Positions 35,185 through 47,282 of a stretch of DNA of 48,435 nt are shown here, one piece after another. Every line of letters begins with the position of its first letter. The stretch's first letter is position 1. The stretch is from Macrostomum lignano (Eukaryota). The position numbers and the translations under genes are program-made. The stretch covers positions 1 through 48,435 of the forward strand of contig NIVC01004364.1 of the NCBI GenBank assembly GCA_002269645.1. The letters are read 5' to 3'. A model generated the notes under the pieces. That model made no database searches, was not told the origin of the DNA, and worked only from the letters and a program-made list of their open reading frames with translations.

Positions 35185-38100
35185 GCCTGCCTGTATAACT
35201 GCCATAATATCTGCCTCTGTTGGTCTGTCTGAATGTCTACTAAGGTTTTTTTCTAGGGTCTCAATATCTGTCCGACTGGTTGTCTGTCTGAGTCAGTCTC
35301 CCTGAGTGGCTGTCTCAACGTCCATCTGTTATCGGCTAGCGCAAATCTTGCTGACAACCCTCGCGCCACCCACTTGCCCTTGCAGCCCTGCCCGCACCTG
35401 GTCAACAAGTTAAACTCGTGCGATTTTGACGAATTTACCCGACAAGTGAATTCCCTTAACGAATTCTGCGATCAACCGTTTGAAGGGTGAGTAGCGCAAT
35501 AGAAATGAGTATTATTTATTTCAAAAGTACAAATTGCCTGGTTAATTGCTGGAGTGCATGAATTACTAGTTTGAGCCTGTCTGTGTCCACCCCCGGCTCT
35601 GCTCTATCGGTGAAGATGCGACAGAGGGGATAGAAAATTTGGTTCAGAATAGCAGTGAGCTGAGGCAGGCGGTCGAGGGTGAGGAATTCTAGCAGGGAAA
35701 GCTGGGACTCTTCCCTGCCGCTAGTAGAGGATTTCTGTCCCATTGGCGGATCAAGTAGGAATAGCTAACTTGAGAAACTAGCTGAGGATGAAGGCGGGGA
35801 GGGTAGGGTAGAAGGGATTGAAAATGAGTGCTCCATAAAAATATGAGCATCTGAACTTCCGCTGGGGCTGCTGGCGGGACTGGCAAGTAGACTAGCTGAG
35901 CTGGCCAGTAGCTGAGTGAGTAGCTGAACTGGCCAGTAGCTGAGTGAGTAGCTGAACTGGCCAGTAGCTGAGTGAGAAGCTGAACTGGCCAGTAGCTAAG
36001 TGAGTAGCTGAGTGAGTAGCTGAGCCTTCCAGTAGCTGAGTGAGTAGCTGAACTGGCCAGTAGCTGAGTGAGTAGCTGGGTGAGTAGCTGAACTGGCCAG
36101 TAGCTGAGTGAGTAGCTGGGTGAGTAGCTGAACTGGCCAGTAGCTGAGTGAGTAGCTGGGTGAGTAGCTGAGTGAGTAGCTCAACTGGTCAGTAGCTGAG
36201 TGAGTAGCTCAACTGGCCAGTAGCTGAGTGAGTAGCTGGGTGAGTAGCTGAGTGAGTTGCTCAACTGGCCAGTAGCTGAATTAGTAGCTGGATGAGTAGC
36301 TGAGTGAGTAGCTCAACTGGCCAGTAGCTGAGTGAGTAGCTCAACTGGTCAGTAGCTGAGTGAGTAGCTCAACTGGCCAGTAGCTGAGTGAGTAGCTGGG
36401 TGAGTAGCTGAGTGAGTTGCTCAACTGGCCAGTAGCTGAATTAGTAGCTGGGTGAGTAGCTGAGTGAGTAGCTGAGTGAGTAGCTCAACTGGCCAGTAGC
36501 TGAGTGAGTAGCTGGGTGAGTAGCTGAGTGAGTAGCTCAACTGGTCAGTAGCTGAGTGAGTAGCTCAACTGGCCAGTAGCTGAGTGAGTAGCTGGGTGAG
36601 TAGCTGAGTGAGTTGCTCAACTGGCCAGTAGCTGAATTAGTAGCTGGATGAGTAGCTGAGTGAGTAGCTCAACTGGCCAGTAGCTGAGTGAGTAGCTCAA
36701 CTGGCCAGTAGCTGAGTGATTAGCTGAGCCTGCCAGTAGAGTAATGATATGCCAGCAATATTATTGTTAGCGTTTCTAAAGCAACTCTTAAATAACCCCC
36801 CCCCCCCCGATATCCTCATAGCAATCTTCGCCGCCAGCTGCCAGTGCTGCTGCAGTCCCTGGAGGCCGACATTGAGAGTCTGTGCACAGTCGTGACTGAT
36901 TCTGAGTCTTCTGCTTCTATCAATTCTTGCCCAATTGGCAGGCTGTTGCACAAGGGTTGCAGTAAGTGTTTAGCTTCTATGCACTCATATTAATCATCTT
37001 TATAAGGCTTTCTCATTAGAGTTATCCAAGAGTCGTGTGAAAATTAATCCGAGAAAAACAGCCCAAATTACTCCCATAAAGAATCGCAGATCGCCCCGGA
37101 CACCCAAGATAATCGCCCCATATACCCCTAGATAATCGTTTTAGACATAGCCTTGAGAATCGCCCCAGACAGCCCTTGAGAATCGCCCTCAGACAGCCCT
37201 TGAGAATCGCCAAGGCAGCCCTTGAGAATCGCCCTCAGACAGCCCTTGAGAATCGCCTAAGACAACCTTTGGGAATCGCCCAGGCAGCCCTTAAGAATCG
37301 CACCAGGCAGCCCTTGAAAATCGCCCAGGCAGCCCTTCAGAATCGCCCCAGACAGCCCTTGAGAATCGCACCAGGCAGCCCTTGAGAATCGCACCAGGCA
37401 GCCCTTGAGAATCGCACCAGGCAGCCCTTGAGAATCGCACCAGGCAGCCCTTGAGAATCGCACCAGGCAGCCCTTGAGAATCGCACCAGGCAGCCCTTGA
37501 GAATCGCACCAGGCAGCCCTTGAGAATCGCCTAAGACAACCTTTGGGAATCGCCCAGGCAGCCCTTGAGAATCGCCTAAGACAACCTTTGGGAATCGCCC
37601 AGGCAGCCCTTGAGAATCGCCTAAGACAACCTTTGGGAATCGCCCAGGCAGCCCTTGAGAATCGCCTAAGACAACCTTTGGGAATCGCCCAGGCAGCCCT
37701 TGAGAATCGCCTAAGACAACCTTTGGGAATCGCCCAGGCAGCCCTTGAGAATCGCCTAAGACAACCTTTGGGAATCGCCCAGGCAGCCCTTGAGAATCGC
37801 CTAAGACAACCTTTGGGAATCGCCCAGGCAGCCCTTGAGAATCGCCTAAGACAACCTTTGGGAATCGCTCAGGCAGCCCTTGAGAATCGCCCCAGACAGC
37901 CCTTGAAAATTGCCGCAGATTTGACGCAGATACGGGACGCCCCAAGCTGGCCGACTCCTACAGTAGCACGCAGTCCACCCTCCCCCTCCGGCGCTCTCAT
38001 CAGGTCTCCTGGTAGGCCGGCCGCAGCGCCTTCTGCTGTACCGTCTGGCAGGCCAGCAGCAGCAGCCATCGCAGCGGCTCCAGTGGCTGTCTCTGCCCGC

Positions 38101-41100
38101 CTCGCCCCCCTCCGAGCTTACCGCAACCGTAGGCGTGACTCACACCAGTGCGGCCTACACCCTGCCAGTGATTCCCATCGTGACTGTGACTCGAACAGGA
38201 CCCGGTGATCGGAGGTAAGCTACTCACTGCTCACATCTTTAGTTATAAAATATGAGTACCGCTTCACTAATTTATAATCGTAACTTTATTCCCTCCCGCA
38301 GCAGCCCGACTTTCTCCCAGCTGTCTCAGAACAGCAGCTGTCCCGTGCGGGCCGCCTACTGTCTGCGGCTGGACCGGCCTCTGCCAATCTGCGTTGAGCA
38401 GCTCGACCGCCTGCAGGAGGTCACTGGCGTGCCAGTGCCCCTGCCAGCATCGCCAGCGTCAGCTCAGGATGACCAGCCACCGCCCGCCACCCTGCTAGCC
38501 TTGATTGGAGATCTGCTGGACCAGCCGGACTTGTCTACTGAGACTCCGCTGCGGCTGGTGAGGCTGCTCGTGACTATTGATGAGGCTTTGGTTTTATTAG
38601 ATGCGGCTTTGGTTTTATTAGATGCGGGGGAGGAAAGTGAAAAACGGATTGCTAGTCTAGCCAATCATTAAATAGGAAAGTGGATTGCTAGTCTAACCGA
38701 TTATTGGATAGGAAAATGGATTGCTAGTCTAGCCAAACATTAGAGAAGAAAATGGATTGCTAGTGTAGCCAATCATTAGATAGGAACATGGATTGCTAGT
38801 CTAGCTAGCCAAACATTAGATAGGAAAGTGGATTGCTAGTCTAACCGATTATTGGATAGGAAAATGGATTGCTAGTCTAGCCAAACATTAGAGAAGAAAA
38901 TGGATTGCTAGTGTAGCCAAACATTAGATAGGAAAATGGATTGCTAGTCTAGCCAGCCAATTATTAGATAGGAACATGGATTGCTAGTCTAGCCAATCAT
39001 TAGATAGGAAAATGGATTGCTAGTCTAGCCAGTAATCAGATGTATAAAGGGATTTTCATTAATTACTTAAACCACGAATTCCAGAACCTGCCTGACCAGC
39101 TCGTGTCCATCAGATGCTCTCTAAGAGGTCACGTGATCGAATCTATCCCGTTCAGCAGTCCGGCAGTTCTGTCCCAGGTGTCCACCCTGATCAGACAGCA
39201 GTTTGTGCTCAACCAGCTGCTGGCTTCGTGTCTACAGCTGACTACTCATAGGGGTGAGTTGTCAATCAATCAATCAATTGATCAGTTACAATGCTAAATC
39301 GATTATTCAAATTCCCGCCTCTCCAATTTGACAGCTAATTTGGAGCCCGGCGTCACCTGCTTTGAACTGGAAGTCCTTGGCCCCACAGACTGCCGGGTGG
39401 CCATCATGCGCGGTCTCGGCTTTAAAATGCGTTCGTGTAAGTAGTATAGAAATAAGTTAGTAGTACAATGCTAGTAAATCAAACTAAAGCCAGTATAAAA
39501 CAGTACTACAGCCAGTATATTACAGTACTACAGCCAGTATATTACAGTACTACAGACAGTATAAAACAGTACTACAGCCAGTATATTACAGTACTACAGC
39601 CGTATATTACAGTACTACAGACAGTATAAAACAGTACTACAGCCGTATATTACAGTACTACAGCCAGTATATTACAGTACTACAGACAGTATAAAACAGT
39701 ACTACAGCCAGTATATTACAGTACTACAGCCAGTATATTACAGTACTACAGACAGTATATTACAGTACTACAGCCAGTATATTACAGTACTACAGCCAGT
39801 ATATTACAGTACTACAGCCGTATATTACAGTACTACAGACAGTATAAAACAGTACTACAGCCGTATATTACAGTACTACAGCCAGTATATTACAGTACTA
39901 CAGACAGTATAAAACAGTACTACAGCCAGTATATTACAGTACTACAGACAGTATATTACAGTACTACAGACAGTATAAATCAGTACTACAGCCGTATATT
40001 ACAGTACTACAGACAGTATATTACAGTACTACAGACAGTATAAAACAGTACTACAGCCAGTATATTACAGTACTACAGACAGTATATTACAGTACTACAG
40101 ACAGTATATTACAGTACTACAGACAGTATATTACAGTACTACAGCCAGTATATTACAGTACTACAGACTGTATAAAACAGCACTACAGACAGTATAAAAC
40201 AGTACTACAGACAGTATAAAACAGCACTACAGACAGTATAAAACAGTACTACAGACAGTATAAAACAGTACTACAGACAGTATATTACAGTACTACAGAC
40301 AGTATATTACAGTACTACAGACAGTATATTACAGTACTACAGACAGTATAAAACAGTACTACAGACAGTATATTACAGTACTACAGACAGTATAAAACAG
40401 TACTACAGACAGTATATTACAGTACTACAGACAGTGTAAAACAGCACTACAGACAGTATAAAACAGTACTACAGCCAATCACTGATGCCTGTCGCCCCGC
40501 AGACTCGCTGCACCTGCGCAGCCCAGACTGCAGCCCGGCTTGCCGACGGCTCAAGCCGCCATCGTCCGCGTCTGCCGACTCTGCCGAGCCCGAGATCGGC
40601 GATGCTGGCGCCGGCACGGCGGAGCCCTCCGCTCAGTTTCTCGAGCGCGCGCTGCGCACCAGCGGCCTGTCGCTGCCGCTGGCCGTTCGCCGGCTTCAGA
40701 AGCTCCGCGGCCGTCCCCGCGGCTGTCAACGGCGCCGGCGGCTGATCGACTCTCCGTCCGCGCCGCAGTCGCTCCGCCGGGTCGCCTCGACCTCCGCTCT
40801 GGCCGCCATCGCCAGCGGCCTCGTCGAAGTCAAAGGCGTCGTCGCCTCCGTTGCAGCGTCTGCCGCCTCGCTGCTGCCCGCCAGGCCGCGCTTCTGCCTG
40901 GAGGCGCCGGCGCCGCGCCCCAAACGGCAGCCGCTGGGGCCGCCTGCGCCGGTCGAGTTCCAGCCGCCGCCGCCGCCGATGCCGATGCCGCCGAACTTCG
41001 CCGGCGGTCACCACCCGCTGCAGCAGCCGCAGTTCGGGCCTCAGTTCAGCAGGCAGCTCAGCCACCCTGCCGGAGCTGACGGCGGCGGCCATCACCATCC

Positions 41101-43177
41101 GCTGCCGCATCATCACATGCCGCAGTTCCAGCATCCGCAGGGTTACATGCCGGGCCATCAGCAGCACCAGCTGTACCAGCAGCAGCTGGTGGGAGGCCAG
41201 GCCACGCCGCCCCATCACCTGTGCAGGCAGGGCCCGCCCCACCTGGCTGGTTACCACCCGCACCAGCGGATGCCGCACGGCCACGGCTACCCGCCGCCGC
41301 CGCCGCATTCACAGACTCCGCCCTACGGTGTTCAATTCAGGCCGGGGGCCCAGCCTGGGGGCCCGTACTACCAAGGACCGCCTTCTCAGCAGCAACAGCA
41401 GCAGCAGCCGCCACCGCATCATTCACCTTCGCCCTACCATTCGCAGTTCGCTGGTCCGCCCGGCTACGGACCTCAGCCAGCCACGCCAGCCGGCTATGCA
41501 CAGCAGATGCCGCCGGCGTCTCCCCACCACTCGATGCTTGGCTCGCCCGCGCCGCACCTGCAGCAGCCGCAGACTCCGCAGCCCCACACGCCGCACACGC
41601 CTCAGCCGCTGCACCACCCGCCAAGCACCCCGGCGGCCTCCAACATGGAGATCAGCGGGCCTGGCACGCCTCTCGACCAGCAGCTGATGAGCCACCATCT
41701 TGGAGACAGCAGCGGCGGTAGCGGCAGCGGCTTCCCACCGCACACCCCCATGGACAAGAGCAACCAGAATCCCGTGCTCATCAGCCTGCTGCAGGAGGAC
41801 TCAAGCAGCTGCGGCACCCCAGTTCCAGCCCAGCAGATGCCGATGCAGCACCACGGCCAGCAGCAGCACCGCCAGATGTTTCCTCACGGAGCTCCGCCTC
41901 CGGCCTACGGCCAGCAGCAGCAGGCGGTGTACAGTCGGAACCCCGCCGCCGGTCAGCGGGCCTTGCCGCCGCAGCCCCAGATGACCAGCCCGCAGCATCA
42001 GCAGCAGCAGCAGCAGCTGCTCGACCCCGCCGCCTCATCATCGTCCGTCGGCGGCGCCGGCGTCAGAGCCGGCAACAGCGGCGGTGCCAAGAAGCCGCGC
42101 AAGCCGCGTCGTTCAAATCCTTCCTCGGCGGGGGCGGCTTCGGCGACAACGCCGACTGCTCCGTCTTCGTCGGCGTCAGCGACTGGATCCTCGGCTACGG
42201 CGGCTGCGATGCAGAGCCGGATGGGGCCGGCAGGCGGCGGCCAGGCCTTCGATCCGCAGCAGCAGCAGCTCGGCCGCAGCCTGGACAGCCAGATGCAGTC
42301 GGCCTTCATTGGCGGGCCGCAGCAGCAGCAGCGCCACCATCCAGCTGCCACCGCCGTGTTCGACACCAACGTGAGCCGCATGGCCCAGATGACAGAGCAG
42401 CTGGGCTCAGCTGAGCCTCATCACCCGCAGCCCCATCAGCAGATGCTGCCGCAGCATCAGCAGCAGCTGCGCTATCCAGGTGACATGCCTGGTCAAGGCG
42501 CATTCGCAGGCCAGCAGCAGCAGCAGATGCATCCTCATCATCACCAGCAGCAGCAGCAGTCTGCCATGGCCGCAGCTTCTGCTCAGCTTCATCACCAGCA
42601 TCACCAACAGCAGTCATCGAACGGTCTGGTCCTCATGCCCGGCAGTGAGGGGGCCAGCTTCCCCCAGTCTGATGAGGCGTCTTCAGGCCGGGAACAGCAG
42701 CAGCAGAGCCTCCGCCTCACCATACCCAAGACCAAGCTGGGCCCCCAGGACCACCAGGCCCAGAAGAACCCGGAGAGCGTCTACGACTTCGACCCGGCTA
42801 AAGAGGAGGCCACCAAGGCCTCGTCTGTGGAGGCTCGCAACAAGCCGCTGAAGGTCACCATCAGGATGAACCCTGCCTCCTCCGCCGCCGCCACTGCCGA
42901 AGCGTCGTCGTCAAGAAAGCCGCCAGATTCCTCTGCCGGTGCGCCTCGCCGACCGCCGCCTCTTGGCAAGCCGTACAACTACGCCTTCCACCAACAGCAG
43001 CAGCAGCAGCCGCAGCCGCAGCAGCCACCGTCGCATCTTCAACATCAGCAGCAGCACCTTCAGCAAGAGCGAGCTGTTGAGTCCTCCGGCACCGACTCGG
43101 CACCGGCCTCTGTGGAGGAGAACTCCAGCGGCGCCATGGACGATCAGCAGCACCAGCTGCAGATGCAGCGTCAGCGT

Positions 43178-43216
<39 letters not shown>

Positions 43217-44712
43217 CAACAACAACTGCAGATTCACGATGAGTCCAGCTGGACCACCAAGCAGCAGCTGCGGAAAAAGTTGGAGAAAAGCCGCAAAGCC
43301 GAGGCCGCGCCTTCTGGCGCATCCGCCTTGCCAGCAGCTGCGACCGGGCCAGCTGGCCTCGGCGGCAGCGGAAACAATGGCCGGGCAATGTCCGCCGGGC
43401 TGAACCCGGCCAGCGCCGCCGGCTCGGCAATGCCGGCCGCGGGTCCGGGGGCCGCCATCTACGGACCACCGGCCGCTAAGAAAAGTCGCCTGCATGCCGA
43501 CAAGGTGAGAGAATTGTGGCGTCGTGTTTTGGGTGCTGGGTGTTTCATTCTTGGACTGCACTCGGTTAGTGTGTTTTATTCTCGGACACTCTGGTTGGCT
43601 GCTTCATTCTCGGACATCCAGGTTGGGTGTTTCATTCTCGGACAATCAGGCTGGGTGTTTCATTCTCGGACACTGGTTAGGTGCTTCATTCTCGGACATC
43701 CAGGTTGGGTGCTTCATTCTCGGACATCCAGGTTGGGTGTTTCATTCTCGGACACTCAGGTTGGGTTTTTATTCTCGGACACTCGGGTTGGATGTTTCAT
43801 TCTCGGACAGCACTCAGGTTTGGTGTTTCATTCTCGGACACTCAGATTGGGTGTTTCATTCTCGGGCTGCACTCGGGTTTGGTGTTTCATTCTCGGACAC
43901 TCATGTAGGGTTTTTATTCTCGGACACTTAGGTGTTTCATTCTTGGACACTTAGGTTGTGTGTTTCGTTCTCGGACACTCGGGTTGGGTTTTGTTTTTTC
44001 TCGGACACTCGGGTTGGGTGTTTCATTCTCGGACACTGCTCAGTAAGCTAAGCAATAGATTATCCATGAGTCAGTCGGCATCGCAACCCCTCGCCAGCCT
44101 CCGCAGGCCAAGAAGTCCAAGAAGCACAGGCGGCTCGACGCCTCCGTTGACTCGGCTCACCTGTCCACTCCTAGCAGCAGCGCGGGCGCGAGTCCCGCCA
44201 CCCCCGCCGACGCTTCGTCCGCCGCTTCAGCTCCCGCGTCGGGTTCGCGGCAGAGCTCCGCCCTGAAGTCTTACAAGATTCGCGCAAGAACACGGCCTCT
44301 GAGGATGCGGCCTCGAGTGCTCTCCAGCAGCAACAGCAGCAGCAGCCGCCGCCGCCCCCGCAACAGCAGCCGCCGCCGCACCCTCTGCCTCCCCGATTTC
44401 AGCAGGCGGCCAGCTTCGCTCCCGCCGGGGCATCCGCCAGCAGCTGTACCAACAGCGCCATCCGGCCTACCCCGCGCCCGTCAGCATGTCCAGCATCACC
44501 AGCATCATCAGGCCAATTTATTTGAGCAGTTCCGGCAGCCGCAGCAGCAGCGCCAGTTCATCACGGATCCGGCAGGCCTGCACCAGCACAGCAAGGACAC
44601 CCCTGACAGCCCCGCTGATGGCCCGGCATCGCCCTCACCCGGCGGTGGCGCCGGAGGCAGCGGCGCTGGGGTCGGCGGTCAGGCGGCCACCGTGAGCATC
44701 ATCCCGCACTGA
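34342..44712 (+). CDS. MED1: Mediator of RNA polymerase II transcription subunit 1
   Basis: Exons ~34342-34419 (tentative), 34507-34770, 35386-35486, 36822-~36890, ~37974-38214, 38302-38557, 39085-39253, 39335-39436, 40503-43504, 44107-44712. Segments match recalled human MED1: [17 protein letters not shown] ~ SCPELVQQLREKNFDEF; LLQSLEADI ~ ALQSLEQDL; TSAAYTLP ~ TSAVYKLP; [13 protein letters not shown] ~ ACFFLKFPQPIPV; [16 protein letters not shown] ~ LIRHQVAYNTLIGSCV; NPVLISLLQ ~ NPILTSLLQ. Confidence 0.9.
34910..35186. repeat. (gtct)n microsatellite
   Basis: MED1 intron, direct inspection. Confidence 0.97.
35890..36738. repeat. Composite minisatellite of agtagctgagtg and aactggcc modules
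   Basis: MED1 intron, direct inspection. Confidence 0.93.
37150..37910. repeat. 23-bp / 46-bp dimeric minisatellite (caggcagcccttgagaatcgc...)
   Basis: A monomer block followed by a block of dimers (cctaagacaacctttgggaatcgcccaggcagcccttgagaatcg). Confidence 0.93.
38640..39030. repeat. 36-40-bp minisatellite (attagataggaaaatggattgctagtctagcc...)n
   Basis: MED1 intron, about 10 units. Confidence 0.9.
39490..40474. repeat. 22-bp minisatellite (cagtatattacagtactacagc/a)n
   Basis: Fills the MED1 intron up to ~30 bp before the acceptor at 40502. Confidence 0.96.
40503..43504 (+). CDS. MED1: MED1 large exon: end of Med1 domain plus Q/P/H-rich disordered region with the NR box
   Basis: ccccgcag| phase-1 acceptor, open frame through [27 protein letters not shown] and a ~16-Q tract, donor ADK|gtgaga. 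The track ORF 40979..43954 misses the first ~160 codons and reads into the intron. Confidence 0.87.
43530..44040. repeat. ~26-28-bp minisatellite (gggtgtttcattctcggacactc...)n
   Basis: MED1 intron, direct inspection. Confidence 0.92.
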
Positions 44713-45172
44713 GGGCAGCAACCCCCCCCCACCGTGAGCATCATCCCGCACTGAGGCCAGCAACCCCCCCCCCCACCGTGAGCATCATCCCGCACTGAGG
44801 GCCCAGCAACCCCCCCCCCCCCCACCGTGAGCATCATCCCGCACTGAGGGCCCAGCAACCCCCCCCCCCCCACCGTGAGCATCATCCCGCACTGAGGCCC
44901 AGCAACCCCCCCCACCGTGAGCATCATCCCGCACTGAGGGCCCAGCAACCCCCCCCCCCACCGTGAGCATCATCCCGCACTGAGGGCCCCAGCACCCCCC
45001 CACCGTGAGCATCACCCCGCACTGAGGGCCCAGCACCCCCCCCCCCACCGTGAGCATCATCCCGCACTGAGGGCCCCAGCACCCCCCCCCACCGTGAGCA
45101 TCACCCCGCACTGAGGGCCCAGCACCCCCCCCCCACCGTGAGCATCACCCCGCACTGAGGGCCCAGCCCCCC
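44688..45172. repeat. ~40-bp minisatellite containing the MED1 terminal codons and stop
   Basis: Unit ccaccgtgagcatcatcccgcactgagggcccagcaac(c)n, about 12 copies. Confidence 0.93.
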
Positions 45173-45282
45173 CGCTGTCTCAAAATTTCGAAACTGGCGC
45201 AAATGCGATATGATATGATGAAAATTCGTCAAACCGTTAGCTTTGCCATCAGAATTGTATATATAGTTGTTTACTATAATCC

Positions 45283-45414
45283 TTAATACAGATTATTTAT
45301 ATTATAGTTGTCGGAGTGGACTTTATTTAGTGCGTTTTTCCAGCGCTTCAGTTTGTACTTGCTGTCGCTGTTGTCACCAACAATGACCTTTTTTGTCCTT
45401 GTCTCTTGGCTCCT
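45283..45414 (-). CDS. Candidate terminal exon of the same unidentified minus-strand gene
   Basis: tag acceptor followed by 43 open codons RSQETRTKKVIVGDNSDSKYKLKRWKNALNKVHSDNYNINNLY* in otherwise AT-rich, stop-rich DNA. Confidence 0.35.
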   Translation of the reverse strand, partial: RSQETRTKKVIVGDNSDSKYKLKRWKNALNKVHSDNYNINNLY

Positions 45415-46560
45415 CTAGTGCATCAAGTTTCAACGATTAATTAATGACCTGAAATTTGAAATTTAGTCAATTAAGTCTGCACTACTACTGATAGGCCTAC
45501 TTATATGAGTAGTACAATATGACTCTTAAAATTTTTGAGTATTACAAATTTCCCAATTGCCCGTTCATTTTACATGAGTCCCATGCCGCTAACTCAGTGC
45601 TGCCCAGTCTGTATGTTTTTTTCTATTGTTGATAACTGACTTTTTAAAGGCTTTTGGTTGTGCCCCAACCCAGAATCCGCCACTTCTGACTTTGAATCAT
45701 TGCGTCATTTCAGCCACTGCGTCATCTTTATGGCTCAGCGTTTAAATTATTTAATTTCTAATTGTACTTTTATATCAGAGATTTAAGCCTCGTCATTTGC
45801 CCCGCCAGTGCTCCATTTATTTATTTGTAGCCCCTGAGTTTAGTTTCACACACAGACTGTCTGCCCAGTTGCATCATGATTGACAGTACATTGTGAACTA
45901 TATATGAATGAGTATATGTCAATTTGTAATCCTAATAAGTTTGTTTACATGTTACTAACAAACTATTATTATTTCTATATCCATCATATTTTACAGTGAA
46001 CTGAACTCGGTCCCGCATGTATTTAAAGCTTACAAATTTGCAAACCGTTCTTGCGATTGTATTATATTATATTATATATTATATATTATATTATAAACTA
46101 ATTATGGGTCTCTGCTGACTAAACGGTAAATACTGTTTTTCATGTCCAACCTTGCTGCTTCATTTTTATGTGATTGCGGACTCGAACTCCGGAGGGAGTT
46201 TATTATAAAGCGGCAATCGACATTATTCAATTATTATTAGGCAGGTGTATTTCTGCGATTATGTAACAACGGCAATATTCTGCAGCAGTGCAACAACAGT
46301 CACGCTCGAGATGCACTTGGTCAAAACCTTCGCGAACTGCTTTTAGCAGCAGGGAAACTCTGCATTGCATGTCCATATCTTTGTGATTGCGAATTGAGCA
46401 AGGGGTCACACAGTCACAGTTGATTTGAAGTTTACAATTAGCCGTCCGTTAGGGCTCTTCCGTAGCCATAACAGGTGCATGTTCGCGGAGACACTCAATG
46501 GTGTTTGCACAACACCCGATAAAGTCTGAGTTCGAGTCATTCTACTCTCGATGCTCCAAA

Positions 46561-46810
46561 TCACTCCGACTCGTTAAACGCGTCCTCCATCTCCTGCAGC
46601 ACGTAGCAGATGGTCTTGGCGTAGATCTGGGCGATGCTGTCGTTGAACCGGTCGGCCAGGGTGATCCTCACCGCTTCAGGAACGGCTGCTCCATGGCCTG
46701 GGGGAATTGGCGCAGTTGGGTTGCTTAGTGAAATCTCCTCTGCTAATTGTGTCAGTGCACTTTGGCTTGGGTCTCTGCTGCGGGTTCTGCGGATCACGTG
46801 TACTTCAATT
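46561..46810 (-). CDS. Internal exon of an unidentified gene
   Basis: ttccag acceptor at 46811-46813 (minus strand), GC-rich open frame IEVHVIRR...RITLADRFNDSIAQIYAKTICYVLQEMEDAFNE. Donor uncertain, family not recognised. Confidence 0.5.
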
Positions 46811-47282
46811 CTGGAACAGATCAACAGACTTATCTAGAGTTGTACCCGCTGTACACAGCACAGAACCGTAAATTTTGTTTGCGAGGTTATTTAATTAGCA
46901 GGTGCGCAGCCCACGCCATCGGATTAAGGCTAATCCAAGGCTGAGTCCGAATGCTGATTGAAACACAATCTGGTACAGAGGGACGGGACTCGGCAATTCA
47001 TCTCTTAACCATCCCACTCATTAGCATCCTAGCTGGAGCATAAGCGGACAAGCAGGGCTTCTTAAACCCAGCTCAAGCCTGTTCGCTACAAAAAAAGGCA
47101 ATCTGGATTTCAATGGGTTTGCAGGCCTGCGCTCTCGTGAGCACAGATCCCCCTTGGTGGGGGATTTTCAAGCGGGGAATTGATCCTAGTGATGACCTGC
47201 CACCCTCCTTGTTCTCTTCCCTTCCGCTGCCTTACTATTGAATTGGCTGCATTATGAGTGCACCACTCTGTGGATTCAGCTC

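Noticed and set aside
34474-35305. RQTD- and SVCL-repeat ORFs
   Set aside because: Products of the (gtct)n microsatellite in a MED1 intron.
40469-43561. Many overlapping antisense and alternative-frame ORFs in the large MED1 exon, and likewise over the arrestin tail
   Set aside because: Shadow ORFs of GC-rich, CAG-rich low-complexity coding sequence.
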